From positions 2,528,001-2,592,000 of the forward strand of contig OY760074.1 in assembly GCA_963663035.1 (NCBI GenBank): a DNA stretch of 64,000 nucleotides. The letters run 5' to 3'. A program made the position numbers and the translations under genes. This document shows, piece by piece, positions 37,865 through 47,573 of the stretch; the stretch's first letter is position 1, and each line of letters opens with the position of its first letter. Under the pieces are notes generated by a model, which saw only the letters and a program-made list of their open reading frames with translations, did no database searches and had not been told where the DNA came from. The stretch comes from Acidobacteriota bacterium (lineage in GTDB: Bacteria > Acidobacteriota > UBA6911 > RPQK01 > JADFOI01).

Positions 37865-39460
37865 ATGGTGAAAATGGCGAGGATTTTTCTATTTGCCGCT
37901 GTGGGGTCCTCATTACTTCTAGGATCTTTGACGGCCCAGTCCCGCGACGAAGAAGAGGTGGATTACTTCAAAAAGTGGTTGGAAGAAGATGTGCTTTATA
38001 CCATCACTGCGGAAGAGAAAACGGTCTTCAATAAACTGCAGACCATCGAAGAAAGGGAAAGATTCATCGAACAATTCTGGGCTCGACGCGACCCCTCCCC
38101 GCGAACCAGTTACAACGAATACAAGGAAGAACACTACCGACGTATCCAGTATTCCAATGAACGCTATGCCTCAGGCATTCCGGGTTGGAAAACGGATCGT
38201 GGAATGATCTACATCAAGTTCGGTGAGCCCGATCGTATCGAAGCTCATCCCACCGGGGGCTATATGCAGCGACCGACTTGGGAAGGTGGTGGGTTCACCA
38301 GCCATTTTCCTTTCGAAACCTGGGAGTACCGCTACCTGGAAGGCGTTGGGCAGGATATAGAGATCGAATTCGTGGATAACACCCAAACCGGTGAGTACCA
38401 CATCACAATGAACCCCTGGGAGAAGGATGCGCTGTTAACCTCCGGTGGCGGAGACACGGATAAGGAGGCCGATGGAACAGGGAACAGGGTGGATCGAGTG
38501 CGGCCCTTGACCAACCCCATGCCCGATAATAATCCGCTCCTGATTGGCTATGGCAGAGTCAAGGATCAACCCTTTGAGAAATTGAACCTCCTGGCCAACC
38601 TGCAAAGACCACCCAGTATCAATTTTGACGATTTCAAACGTCCCGAGGTCATCACCAACATCCGCTATGAGCTGCTGCCATTTGAGGTCGGGGTCAACCA
38701 TTTCCCTGTGGACGAGAACAATTACCTGGTGCCTGTGACCATAGTGGTCCCCCTCAGACACCTCGATTACGTCCGTGAGGGCGACCTGTATCGCTCTTCC
38801 ATTGACGTTTATGGTCAGGTGAGCTCCATCAGCGGGCAAGTGATTGAGGTCTTTGAGGAGACCATCGGAAGTACAAGGGAGTCAGCCGCAGCAAGCGGGA
38901 GTGCAGACCAGCAATCCATGTACCAGAAATCACTGCAGCTGCCGCCCGGTCGTTATAAGCTGGATGTGATCCTTCACGACGCAAATAGTGAAAAAGTGGG
39001 GACCAGAAGCACCGGTATTATCCTTCCCACAGTCTCAAGTGATGAACTGACCATTAGCTCAGTGGTGCTGGCCAATCGCATTGAAATTCGAGACGAAATG
39101 AGCCAGGCTAGTGCTTTTGGCCCGGCTAAGGTCTTTCCCAACGTCTCGGGAGCGTATCTGCCCGACCAGACTGTCCTCCTCTTTTTTCAACTCTCGAACT
39201 TCAAGATTGACGCTTCCTCCCAATCAGGCTATCTCCTCAGCACAGCTGAACTCATGCAGGGTTTCCAGAAGCTCCACAGCGAACAGTTTACGATTGACAG
39301 TTCGAATGCCGAAAACCGAGAGCGGCTTCATTTGGTCCACCAGTTCGACTTGGCGGGTCTGAAGCCGGGTGAATATGAGGTGGTGCTCGAGGTCCAGGAT
39401 CAGATTGCCGAGCAGAGCCTCCAGCGCCGGATACCGTTTAGCATTGTCCCTTCGAATTGA
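37865..39460 (+). CDS. GWxTD domain protein
   Basis: KKWLEEDV, FIEQFWARRDP, EEHYRRI, GWKTDRGMIYIKFGEPD; signal peptide. Confidence 0.92.
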   Translation: MVKMARIFLFAAVGSSLLLGSLTAQSRDEEEVDYFKKWLEEDVLYTITAEEKTVFNKLQTIEERERFIEQFWARRDPSPRTSYNEYKEEHYRRIQYSNERYASGIPGWKTDRGMIYIKFGEPDRIEAHPTGGYMQRPTWEGGGFTSHFPFETWEYRYLEGVGQDIEIEFVDNTQTGEYHITMNPWEKDALLTSGGGDTDKEADGTGNRVDRVRPLTNPMPDNNPLLIGYGRVKDQPFEKLNLLANLQRPPSINFDDFKRPEVITNIRYELLPFEVGVNHFPVDENNYLVPVTIVVPLRHLDYVREGDLYRSSIDVYGQVSSISGQVIEVFEETIGSTRESAAASGSADQQSMYQKSLQLPPGRYKLDVILHDANSEKVGTRSTGIILPTVSSDELTISSVVLANRIEIRDEMSQASAFGPAKVFPNVSGAYLPDQTVLLFFQLSNFKIDASSQSGYLLSTAELMQGFQKLHSEQFTIDSSNAENRERLHLVHQFDLAGLKPGEYEVVLEVQDQIAEQSLQRRIPFSIVPSN

Positions 39461-39469
39461 GGTCATCCC

Positions 39470-40543
39470 ATGTTTCTATCCTTGCTTCTCTTAGTGTTTA
39501 CGCTGCAAACCCATGAGAGTGAAGATATCTCGCGCTGGCTGGGCTATCTCGAGAGTGGAAATTTAGAGGAATTGAGAGAAGCCATCCGCCAGGAACCCGA
39601 CGAAGCCAAGGCTGCAGTTGAATCGCTCATGGCCGACTTCGATCACTCCATCCACTCATGGCGCGACGCACCAGAACAGCGCAGGGTCAACTACTCGGAG
39701 ACCCTTCTCGATAGCGGGTTGCGACTGACTCAGATGGTGACGGAGGTGACGGGAGACGAATTCCTTCAAAGACGCTTCGAAGCCCGAAGGGACCGAGTCA
39801 CAGCAACCGAACTCCTCAATGACGGTGAGTTTGAAAGGGCCATGTCCCTGATCCAGGAAGTGCGCTCAACAGCCAGGCAACTGGAAGATCAATCATTTCT
39901 GTTTTCTACCTATCTTTCGAGTGCCTACGCCCACCTGGGAATGGGGATGGCGGAGAAGACCTTGGAGGACAGCGAGACCGCTCTGCAAATTGCCCGCCAG
40001 ATCGGTGAGAAGGTCAAGTACACTCTCGCTCTTTTCAATTTGGGGACGGCTCACCTGCACCTGGGCCATAATGATGAAGCACTTCGCTATTCGAGTGAAG
40101 CGGCTGAGTCCGCGGCCGAGATCGGTAACTCGATTTGGGAGGCCAACGCCTGGCTGAATGTGGGTTACGTTGAGATCACCCAGCGGAACAACCAAGCTGC
40201 AGAGGAAGCCTTTGCGAAGACCTTGAGTCTGTCACAGAAATCGGGCGATCCTGTGGGAGAAGGTCGCGCCTTTTACAATCTTGGGATTGTTTATCTCAAC
40301 CAGAAGGAATGGGTCTTGGCTCGTGAGCATCTGGAAAGCAGCCTCAGGTTCATTCGGGACGTAGACATTCGCCACTCACACGACATCGATGAGTATAACT
40401 CCGTGGAGAAGTTTACGCTGGAAGCCTTGCTTCATATTTATAAGCAATTGAACCTGGAGGATTCCGCTGTGATTGATCCGGTTCGGCATCGCCTGGAAGA
40501 GTTCGCAGGTCAATCCCCCAGCGGTGATCAGCATGCTCATTAG
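39470..40543 (+). CDS. Exported TPR protein with His-containing motifs
   Basis: Repeated ALFNLG/AWLNVG/AFYNLG TPR helices; RHSHD and C-terminal HAH. Confidence 0.8.
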   Translation: MFLSLLLLVFTLQTHESEDISRWLGYLESGNLEELREAIRQEPDEAKAAVESLMADFDHSIHSWRDAPEQRRVNYSETLLDSGLRLTQMVTEVTGDEFLQRRFEARRDRVTATELLNDGEFERAMSLIQEVRSTARQLEDQSFLFSTYLSSAYAHLGMGMAEKTLEDSETALQIARQIGEKVKYTLALFNLGTAHLHLGHNDEALRYSSEAAESAAEIGNSIWEANAWLNVGYVEITQRNNQAAEEAFAKTLSLSQKSGDPVGEGRAFYNLGIVYLNQKEWVLAREHLESSLRFIRDVDIRHSHDIDEYNSVEKFTLEALLHIYKQLNLEDSAVIDPVRHRLEEFAGQSPSGDQHAH

Positions 40544-40593
40544 TGTCTCGTGACCTACCTTCACTTCTTGCGCGGAGTTGAGAGCCGATCTTG

Positions 40594-40787
40594 AGCCCGC
40601 ATTATGTATAAATTTTCTGCTGCAGTGGCGCCATCATCCGCGCTGACTGCGTTGTGCTTCCTTCCGCTCCTCGACGTACTGCACGAGTACGGCTGCGGGG
40701 CGCGACCCGTGGCGGGTACCCCTCACACGCCTTGTCATCGCGGCGCTTGCGCCACTTCGCTACGAAAACCTATGCATAATGCGGGCT
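40594..40787. mobile_element. Hairpin/MITE-like repeat, long copy
   Basis: TIR agcccgcattatgtata / tatgcataatgcgggct; extra about 43 bp arm with cgtac...gtacg. Confidence 0.9.
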
Positions 40788-40846
40788 AGCAACTCCAGCG
40801 AATCCAAGGTGCCTCGTTTCATCAATACGGTATCGGAGTACAGTCG

Positions 40847-42046
40847 TTGAAAGGACCTTTAGCAGGGATTCGCGTACTCGACCTTGCGACCAATATCTCT
40901 GGAGCCTTCGCCACCATGATATTGGCCGATCTGGGTGCGGATGTCGTTAAGGTGGAGCGCCCGGATAAGGGCGACGTCACGCGTGAGATGGGTCCTCACC
41001 AAGGTCAGTGGGGAGCTCACTTCGTAGCCACCAATAGAGGAAAGCGTTCACTGGCCCTGGACGTTCGCCGGCCTGAGGGCTGTGAGGTCATTCTCCGGTT
41101 GGCCCAGCAAAGTGATGTCCTGGTGGAAAGTTTTCTGGGTTGGAAAGCCACCTCGCTGGGTTTTGACGAGAAAGCCGTCCGCGCAGTACGACCCAATATC
41201 ATTTACGTATCACTGTCAGCCTATGGTTCCCGGGGCCCCGATCACGAGAAGCCCGGTTATGACGCGCTCTTACAGGCCCGCACCGGGATCCTGAGCGTAA
41301 CCGGACCACCAGATGGACCTCCAGCGGGTGTTGGAGTGCCGATCCTGGACATGGGCAGCGGAATGTGGGCAGCTCTCGGAATCATGGCAGGCTTGTTCGA
41401 GCGTGAACGCTCGGGAGAGGGGCAGAAGGTAGCGGGCTCGTTGTTTCAGACCGGCGTCATGTGGATGACCTCTCAGTTGCTAGGCCAGCAATTTACCGGC
41501 CAAGATCCCAAGCCGGAGGGGACCTGTCATCCAGATTTTGCGCCCTATGGTGATTTTCCAACTGCTGATGGTACACTTTTGATCAGCATACCCACTGATC
41601 GTCTCTTTGCCCGGCTGTGTATGGCGATCGGTCGCACCGATTGGAACAATGATTCGCGTTATGTCACGAACCGCGACCGCTTGGCGAACCGTCAGCAGCT
41701 GCGTGAGGAAATGGCGTTAGTCCTGAAAGAATCGCCCACAGAAACGTGGTTGGAACAGTTCGGTCAGTATGGTGTACCTGCCAGTCCCGTTCAGGCGGTG
41801 GGTCAATTACTGGAGGATGACCAATTGGCTGCCCTGAAGCAGCTCCAGGAAATCCAGCTGCCGGATGAAGAAGGCCCTTCAGTGCGGCTGCCCCGTTTAC
41901 CGATTGAGTTCTCCCCCACACCTACCGGTATTGCTGGGCCTCCCCCCCATCTCGGTGAACACGGACGAGACATCTTGAGTGAAGTTGGATTTTCCGATGG
42001 GGAAATTGAGAGTTTGGCTCATCAGGGTGTGATTCGACTAGCTTGA
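40847..42046 (+). CDS. Family III CoA-transferase (CaiB/BaiF)
   Basis: GPLAGIRVLDL, LADLGADVVKVE, NRGKRS, GYD, catalytic Asp in PILDMGSG, PPHLGEH. Confidence 0.93.
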   Translation: MKGPLAGIRVLDLATNISGAFATMILADLGADVVKVERPDKGDVTREMGPHQGQWGAHFVATNRGKRSLALDVRRPEGCEVILRLAQQSDVLVESFLGWKATSLGFDEKAVRAVRPNIIYVSLSAYGSRGPDHEKPGYDALLQARTGILSVTGPPDGPPAGVGVPILDMGSGMWAALGIMAGLFERERSGEGQKVAGSLFQTGVMWMTSQLLGQQFTGQDPKPEGTCHPDFAPYGDFPTADGTLLISIPTDRLFARLCMAIGRTDWNNDSRYVTNRDRLANRQQLREEMALVLKESPTETWLEQFGQYGVPASPVQAVGQLLEDDQLAALKQLQEIQLPDEEGPSVRLPRLPIEFSPTPTGIAGPPPHLGEHGRDILSEVGFSDGEIESLAHQGVIRLA

Positions 42047-42066
42047 GAAAAGGAAAGAGGAAAACT

Positions 42067-43392
42067 ATGAACTATTTTACAGATTTTGCTTTTCAACGGC
42101 GACTCGCCTGCGCCTTGCTAATTCTGGTCCCTGCCACCTTCTCCTTGCGGGCTCAGCAGGAACTGAGGCTTCAAGAGGCCCTGGCTCAAGCCCAGAACAA
42201 TCAGCTTTACCAGGCCCGGCTTGTGCAGATAGAGGTTTTACAGGGCAAGCTGCAACAGGCGGGAAGGCGACCTAACCCGCAGATCGAGTCCGAGTTTGAA
42301 ACCGGAGCGCCGTGGGAAGACAGCAACAGTTACTTGCTTTCACTCGTGCTTTCACAGACATGGGAGCGGGGCGGCAAGAGGGATTTGCGCCAGCAGATCG
42401 CTCAAGCCGATTTGGAACAGGCAAGTCTGGAAGCAGAAGATTATATGAGGGTCTTGACCTCTAACATTCGTCTGGCCTTTGTGGAGCTGTTGCAGCTTCA
42501 AAGGCAGGTCTCACTGCTCGAGACCCACGCTGAGAGAATCGAGAGGGTTCTCCAGTTTGATCAAGTCAGGGTGCGAGAAGGTGAAATTCCTTCTCTGAAC
42601 CCTGAGTACTTGCTTGCTGAGCTGACCGAGCTGGCTGCTCAACGAGGGGAGTTCGTGACCCAGCGCTTCCAGGTTCAGTATCAACTGAACACCCTCATGG
42701 GAGCCCCGGTCGAAACTGAGTACGGGCCCGTTGAGGAGGAGCAGCACGAGATCACGCTCCCTTCCGTTGAGGAAGTCCTGCGCTTCGCCTCAAGAAACCG
42801 TTCCGACCTGAGGAAACTACGGAGTGCCATCCAGCAGGCCGATCTGGAAATCAGCATGGAAAGGGCCGTGGCAAAAAGGGATTGGGACCTCGGATTGGGG
42901 TACCATCTCACTCGCGGCGCCATGGAGAGCACTGACTTCCGTCCTCAGGGCATCATTGACTCGGCGGACGCCGGCTCCAATCTTGTCGAGCTGCGTCTCA
43001 CCATCCCCCTTTCCCTCTGGGATGACAATTCTGGAAACCTCTCCGCAGCCATGGCGGCCAAGACCGTCAGAGAGAGAGAACTGGCCTATGCAGAATCCCT
43101 GGTCCAAAGCGAAGTCCTGTCAGCCTACCAGCAGTTTCAGTTCAATCAACAGAGAGGTGAGCTGTATCGGCAAAACCTGTTGCCGAAACTCGAAGAGAAT
43201 CTGCAGCGGCTGGAAGCAGCCTACCAGTTAACCGGAGAAGAGGTCTCAGAATGGCTGGGAACTCAGCGGGAGTTCCTGTACGCAGCTTTGCAAGGTCTGC
43301 GGGCTGATTTTCATTCGAGAGAATCCGTGGTAAAATTGGAGAAAGCAATGGGTGGATCGCTTGAAGAAGTCACACTGGCACCCTCTCCTTGA
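42067..43392 (+). CDS. TolC/CzcC-like outer-membrane efflux protein
   Basis: AGRRPNP, LSQTWERGGKRDLR, NRSDL, LTIPLSLWDDNSG. Confidence 0.88.
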   Translation: MNYFTDFAFQRRLACALLILVPATFSLRAQQELRLQEALAQAQNNQLYQARLVQIEVLQGKLQQAGRRPNPQIESEFETGAPWEDSNSYLLSLVLSQTWERGGKRDLRQQIAQADLEQASLEAEDYMRVLTSNIRLAFVELLQLQRQVSLLETHAERIERVLQFDQVRVREGEIPSLNPEYLLAELTELAAQRGEFVTQRFQVQYQLNTLMGAPVETEYGPVEEEQHEITLPSVEEVLRFASRNRSDLRKLRSAIQQADLEISMERAVAKRDWDLGLGYHLTRGAMESTDFRPQGIIDSADAGSNLVELRLTIPLSLWDDNSGNLSAAMAAKTVRERELAYAESLVQSEVLSAYQQFQFNQQRGELYRQNLLPKLEENLQRLEAAYQLTGEEVSEWLGTQREFLYAALQGLRADFHSRESVVKLEKAMGGSLEEVTLAPSP

Positions 43393-43464
43393 GAGAAATT
43401 CCTCCTTCACCCTGTCTGCCCACTGAAGGGTTGTTACTTTTTCCGTGGAAGGAGTACAGAAACG

Positions 43465-45033
43465 ATGGCGAGAAGAAGATTACTGATCCCCCTTTTTTCT
43501 CTCAGTCTTCTGGCATCTTTGACTCCAGTCTGGTCCCATGACGGAGTCATCCACGCGGACGGAGTGGAAGTCCATTTCAAGCAGGAGATTCTCACAGTCG
43601 GCCCCGACCAGCGATTTCAAGTGACCCTGGCCTATCTGCCGAATACCCCCCAAACAGGCCAGGATGTCCAATTTCTCGTCCGTCTGGAAGAAACTCTGGC
43701 TGAAGTTGACCCTTTGTTGGGTGGGCATACACCAGTTGTTCCCCAGTCTTTCAAGGTGTGGATTGAAGGAGAGCAGGGGTCGAGTCTCCCTCTGGAAGTA
43801 CGAGGGGAAGAAGAGGCTGGTGTGTACGCTTTCAATCACGACTTTGCTCGGTCAGGAGAATGGAAGCTTCTTTTTGAGTTCGAAGACACTCACCAGGTCA
43901 AGGGAACTGGGGAGTTGATCATTCCTCTGAAGAGTGCGCCGGTGAACTGGCCCTTTTTACTGTTCCAAGGGATGATCATCGTGACCTCGCTAGGCCTGGT
44001 GTTTCAGCGCTTCCGGGCTCCCACTGGGGGCTCCTTCCTGCTCTTCTCCTTGGTTGTCCTGGCCATCGGCAGCACTTCCCTGATTCTTGCGGACAGTTTT
44101 TGGCCTTCCGACGACCTGGGAACTCTGGAAATCGCAGCACTTGCTCCTCCTCCCGAGGAGCCCTCTGGCCTGGAAGACTGGAATCAGACACCTGAGGCGC
44201 TGCTTCAGGAGCCCCAGTTCGTCTCTGAGAGCCGAAACCTCGTGGGAACAGTCCGTCATGCCACCAATCGAATTATGCTGGTACGCAGTCCTTTTCCGGG
44301 GACGGTCGTTTTCCACAACGCAGTTCCCAAGATAGGTGACCGGGTAGAAGAAGGTCAGGTACTGGCCACGATCGAAAATCAATTTATTGTGCATGACTAT
44401 TCTCATCTTCTCAATCTACGCTGGGAGCTCCAGAAGGTCATCATGGAGACCAGCGAACAAAAGGTTCAAGCTGAAGCAGCCTTCCAGCGAGCAGCAAGTC
44501 TTTTGGATCTCGGTGTCATTTCGCGTCGCGAATTTGAAAGGATGGAACTGGAGTTCAACCAGGCCGACACAGAGGCTAGGATGGCACAAGAACGTCTCAG
44601 GTTACACGACACTGAACTCCGACGAAGCGATCTATACGAGACCCAGCTTCTCTCCCCCATCACCGGATTCATCAGCCGCGCGACCTATTCAGCGGGGCAA
44701 ATGATTTACGAAGACGATCCCCTATTTGAGATCGTCGACTCGTCAGTGGTGTGGGTGGAGGTCTTTGCACTTCCTCAGGACCTCGCTCAGATGGAAAGCG
44801 AGCCCGAGATCTCATTGCGTTCTCCTGTCTTGAAGCAAACCTTTACGGGTCGACTGGTCGACATCAGGCCTGATACGGAACCCAGCTCGAAAGCCCTGCG
44901 TGTGCTCTACGAGGTAACCAATCCTGACCTGTGGCTAAGACCCGGGATGCTGCTGGATGTTCATCCTCCAGTAGAGGGTGAAGACACTCAGCAAGCTGCA
45001 ACCCAACCCCTGAATCTGGAGGCGGGCAACTGA
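43465..45033 (+). CDS. RND periplasmic adaptor fused to an N-terminal YtkA-like domain and two TM helices
   Basis: Signal peptide then HDGVIH; GVYAFNHDFARSGEWKL; VRSPFPG, GDRVEEGQVL, SPITG, LRPGM. Confidence 0.8.
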   Translation: MARRRLLIPLFSLSLLASLTPVWSHDGVIHADGVEVHFKQEILTVGPDQRFQVTLAYLPNTPQTGQDVQFLVRLEETLAEVDPLLGGHTPVVPQSFKVWIEGEQGSSLPLEVRGEEEAGVYAFNHDFARSGEWKLLFEFEDTHQVKGTGELIIPLKSAPVNWPFLLFQGMIIVTSLGLVFQRFRAPTGGSFLLFSLVVLAIGSTSLILADSFWPSDDLGTLEIAALAPPPEEPSGLEDWNQTPEALLQEPQFVSESRNLVGTVRHATNRIMLVRSPFPGTVVFHNAVPKIGDRVEEGQVLATIENQFIVHDYSHLLNLRWELQKVIMETSEQKVQAEAAFQRAASLLDLGVISRREFERMELEFNQADTEARMAQERLRLHDTELRRSDLYETQLLSPITGFISRATYSAGQMIYEDDPLFEIVDSSVVWVEVFALPQDLAQMESEPEISLRSPVLKQTFTGRLVDIRPDTEPSSKALRVLYEVTNPDLWLRPGMLLDVHPPVEGEDTQQAATQPLNLEAGN

Positions 45034-45944
45034 TGAGCAAGTCCTCCTGCCAACTGAGACGCTGCTCAACATTGGGGTTCTTGGCCCTGGCCCTTCTTCT
45101 CTCTCTCACTACCAAGGAAGGGCAGGCTCAAAGCCAGGAAGGAACTGGCCCGGAAGAGATGGAGTTCAGGTCCCCGGGACAGACGCTGAGATTCCAGGGA
45201 GAGGTGGTTGCCAAGCCTGATCTGGTTATACCAGTGAAGGCCTCGATGTGGGGCAAGATTTATCTGGAAGAGGGAATTTATGAGGGTGCCAAGGTCGAAA
45301 AGGATCAACCGCTGGCCCGCACTGTGCTCGAGATGACTGCTCTGGAACGGCTGCCCCTGGAAGACCGAACTTTAGAAATTATGCTGTTTCTGGAGGTGGC
45401 CAAAGGAAAGGCGCGCCTGGCCCTGGATGACTATCAGAGGGCTGTGGAAATCAGCAAGGAGAATCCCGGTTTTGAGCAGGAAAGGGATCGGCGACAAAAA
45501 GTCTACAAAAACGCTCAAAGGGAGCTTCAAATCGTGACCCAGCAGAACACCCGGCAAACGAGTGTCATCAAAAGACGCGATCCCAGGACAGTCATGATCA
45601 ACTCCCCCATCTCCGGTTATATCGACGAAATCTATTTTGTACCGGGTGACATCAACCCCGACGGCGAGTTTCGAGAACTCTTGACCATTGTCGACCTGTC
45701 CACTGTGTGGGTTCAAGCTCAAGTTTACGAAAAGGACTTGATCACCTTCCAGAATGCTCGGGAAGCGCTGATTGTCATCCAAGCTTTCCCGGATCAGGTC
45801 TTTCGTGGCCGCTTCCAAGCCTTCGGAAGCGAGATCGACCCTCAGACCAGGACCATTTCCGTCTTTTACGAAATTCCCAATCCGGATCAAAAGCTCAAGA
45901 TCGGACTGCCCGTCCGCCTCAGTCCAATCACTGACGAAACCTAA
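45033..45944 (+). CDS. RND periplasmic adaptor (MFP)
   Basis: INSPISG, IVDLSTVWVQAQVYEKDL, IDPQTRT, NPDQKLKIG. Confidence 0.88.
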   Translation: MSKSSCQLRRCSTLGFLALALLLSLTTKEGQAQSQEGTGPEEMEFRSPGQTLRFQGEVVAKPDLVIPVKASMWGKIYLEEGIYEGAKVEKDQPLARTVLEMTALERLPLEDRTLEIMLFLEVAKGKARLALDDYQRAVEISKENPGFEQERDRRQKVYKNAQRELQIVTQQNTRQTSVIKRRDPRTVMINSPISGYIDEIYFVPGDINPDGEFRELLTIVDLSTVWVQAQVYEKDLITFQNAREALIVIQAFPDQVFRGRFQAFGSEIDPQTRTISVFYEIPNPDQKLKIGLPVRLSPITDET

Positions 45945-45956
45945 CCTCTCTAAGAG

Positions 45957-46117
45957 AAATTCTAAATCCTAAATTCCAAACTCCAAACAAATTCCAAGCT
46001 CCAAATTCAAAATTCCAAACCAGAAGCCTGAAGTTACCCCACTTTTGTGGACAGTTTCTAGTTTGTGATTTGTGATTTGAAATTTGTTTAGGATTTGGAA
46101 TTTCTAATTTGGAGTTT
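45957..46117. repeat. Inverted AT-rich heptamer arrays (AAATTCC-type) between convergent genes
   Basis: aaattct/aaatcct/aaattcc units at 45957-46020 and complementary units at 46061-46117. Confidence 0.88.
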
Positions 46118-46122
46118 GCTTC

Positions 46123-47511
46123 TTAGCCTCCTTCGGTCATTGACCATGGGTCAAGAGCCTGCTCCAGTTCCTTCTCTGGCAGAACTTTCTTCTCCTGGGC
46201 GACTTCGCGGACCGTGCGGCCTGTCTGATAAGCCTCCTTGGCAATCTCAGCCGCTTTGTCATATCCAATCTTAGGGGCCAGGGAAGTCACCATGGCCAGG
46301 GATCGTTCGACCAGTTCTTCACACCGTTCGCGGTTGGCCACCAGACCATCCACGCACCGTTGGCTCAGAACGGAGCAGCCATTGCTCAGGAGCTGAATGG
46401 ACTGGAGGAGATTGTAGGCAATAACCGGCTTCATGACATTCAATTCGAAATTGCCTGACTGACCCGCGATGGAAATGGTGACATCATTCCCCATCACCTG
46501 GGCGGCAATCATAGTGACGGCCTCAGGAATGACGGGATTCACCTTGGCCGGCATAATGGAGCTTCCCGGCTGAGTGGGAGGAAGAAAAAGCTCTCCGATG
46601 CCACAGCGAGGACCGGAGCCCAGCCAGCGCAGGTCGTTGGCGATTTTCATTAAACTGCAGGCGACGGTCTTAAGCATGCCGCTGGTTTCAACAGCCGCAT
46701 CTTTACTGGCCAGCGCCTCAAACTTGTTGCTGGCCTCCCGAAAGGACACTTCAGTCCATTCTGAAAGCTTTTTAACCACCCCGCCGGCGAATTTTGGAGG
46801 GCAATTGAGACCGGTCCCCACAGCGGTGCCGCCTATGGCCAGTTCCGAGAGGGTCAAGCGCACCGACTCCACTCTTCTGATGGCGTTCTCCATCATGGAA
46901 GCGTAGGCGGAGAACTCCTGTCCCAGGCGAATGGGAACTGCGTCCTGCAGGTGAGTTCGGCCAATTTTCACAATCTCGTCAAACTCGTTAACCTTGCCCT
47001 CCAGTGAGGCGTGAAGCTGCTGGAGCGCTGGAATCAGTGTCTTCTCAATCTCCTCCAGAGCTGAGACATGAATGGCTGTGGGAATGACGTCGTTGCTCGA
47101 CTGGCCCATGTTGACGTGGTCATTGGGATGCACATCTCGGCTGCCAATTTCTCCGCCCCGAATCTGGATGGCGCGGTTGGCAATGACCTCGTTGGTGTTC
47201 ATATTGGTGGAAGTGCCAGAGCCGGTCTGGAAGATGTCTACCACAAACTGGTCATCCAGTTTGGCCTCAATCACCTCATCGGCCGCCTGGACGATGGCCG
47301 AGGCCAAGTCTTCCTCCAACAGGCCCAACTCCAGATTGGTCCGAGCGGCCGCTTTCTTGATCAGCCCCAAAGCGCGAATAAAGGGTCTTGGGAAACGCAA
47401 ATCGCTGATCGGAAAGTTCAATACGGCGCGCTGGGTTTGCGCTCCGTAGTAGCTGTCGGCTGGGACCTGCATCTCTCCCATAGAATCTTTCTCTATTCTG
47501 TACTCCGTCAT
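46123..47511 (-). CDS. fumC: Class II fumarate hydratase
   Basis: RIEKDSMG, QTGSGTSTNMN, HPNDHVNMGQSSND, KIGRTHLQDA, GSSIMPAKVNP. Confidence 0.93.
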   Translation of the reverse strand: MTEYRIEKDSMGEMQVPADSYYGAQTQRAVLNFPISDLRFPRPFIRALGLIKKAAARTNLELGLLEEDLASAIVQAADEVIEAKLDDQFVVDIFQTGSGTSTNMNTNEVIANRAIQIRGGEIGSRDVHPNDHVNMGQSSNDVIPTAIHVSALEEIEKTLIPALQQLHASLEGKVNEFDEIVKIGRTHLQDAVPIRLGQEFSAYASMMENAIRRVESVRLTLSELAIGGTAVGTGLNCPPKFAGGVVKKLSEWTEVSFREASNKFEALASKDAAVETSGMLKTVACSLMKIANDLRWLGSGPRCGIGELFLPPTQPGSSIMPAKVNPVIPEAVTMIAAQVMGNDVTISIAGQSGNFELNVMKPVIAYNLLQSIQLLSNGCSVLSQRCVDGLVANRERCEELVERSLAMVTSLAPKIGYDKAAEIAKEAYQTGRTVREVAQEKKVLPEKELEQALDPWSMTEGG

Positions 47512-47573
47512 TCTGCCCTCCCTTTCCTCAAGCAAGAATAAGCCAAAATGTGTGGATTAGAAAGGATCTACCC

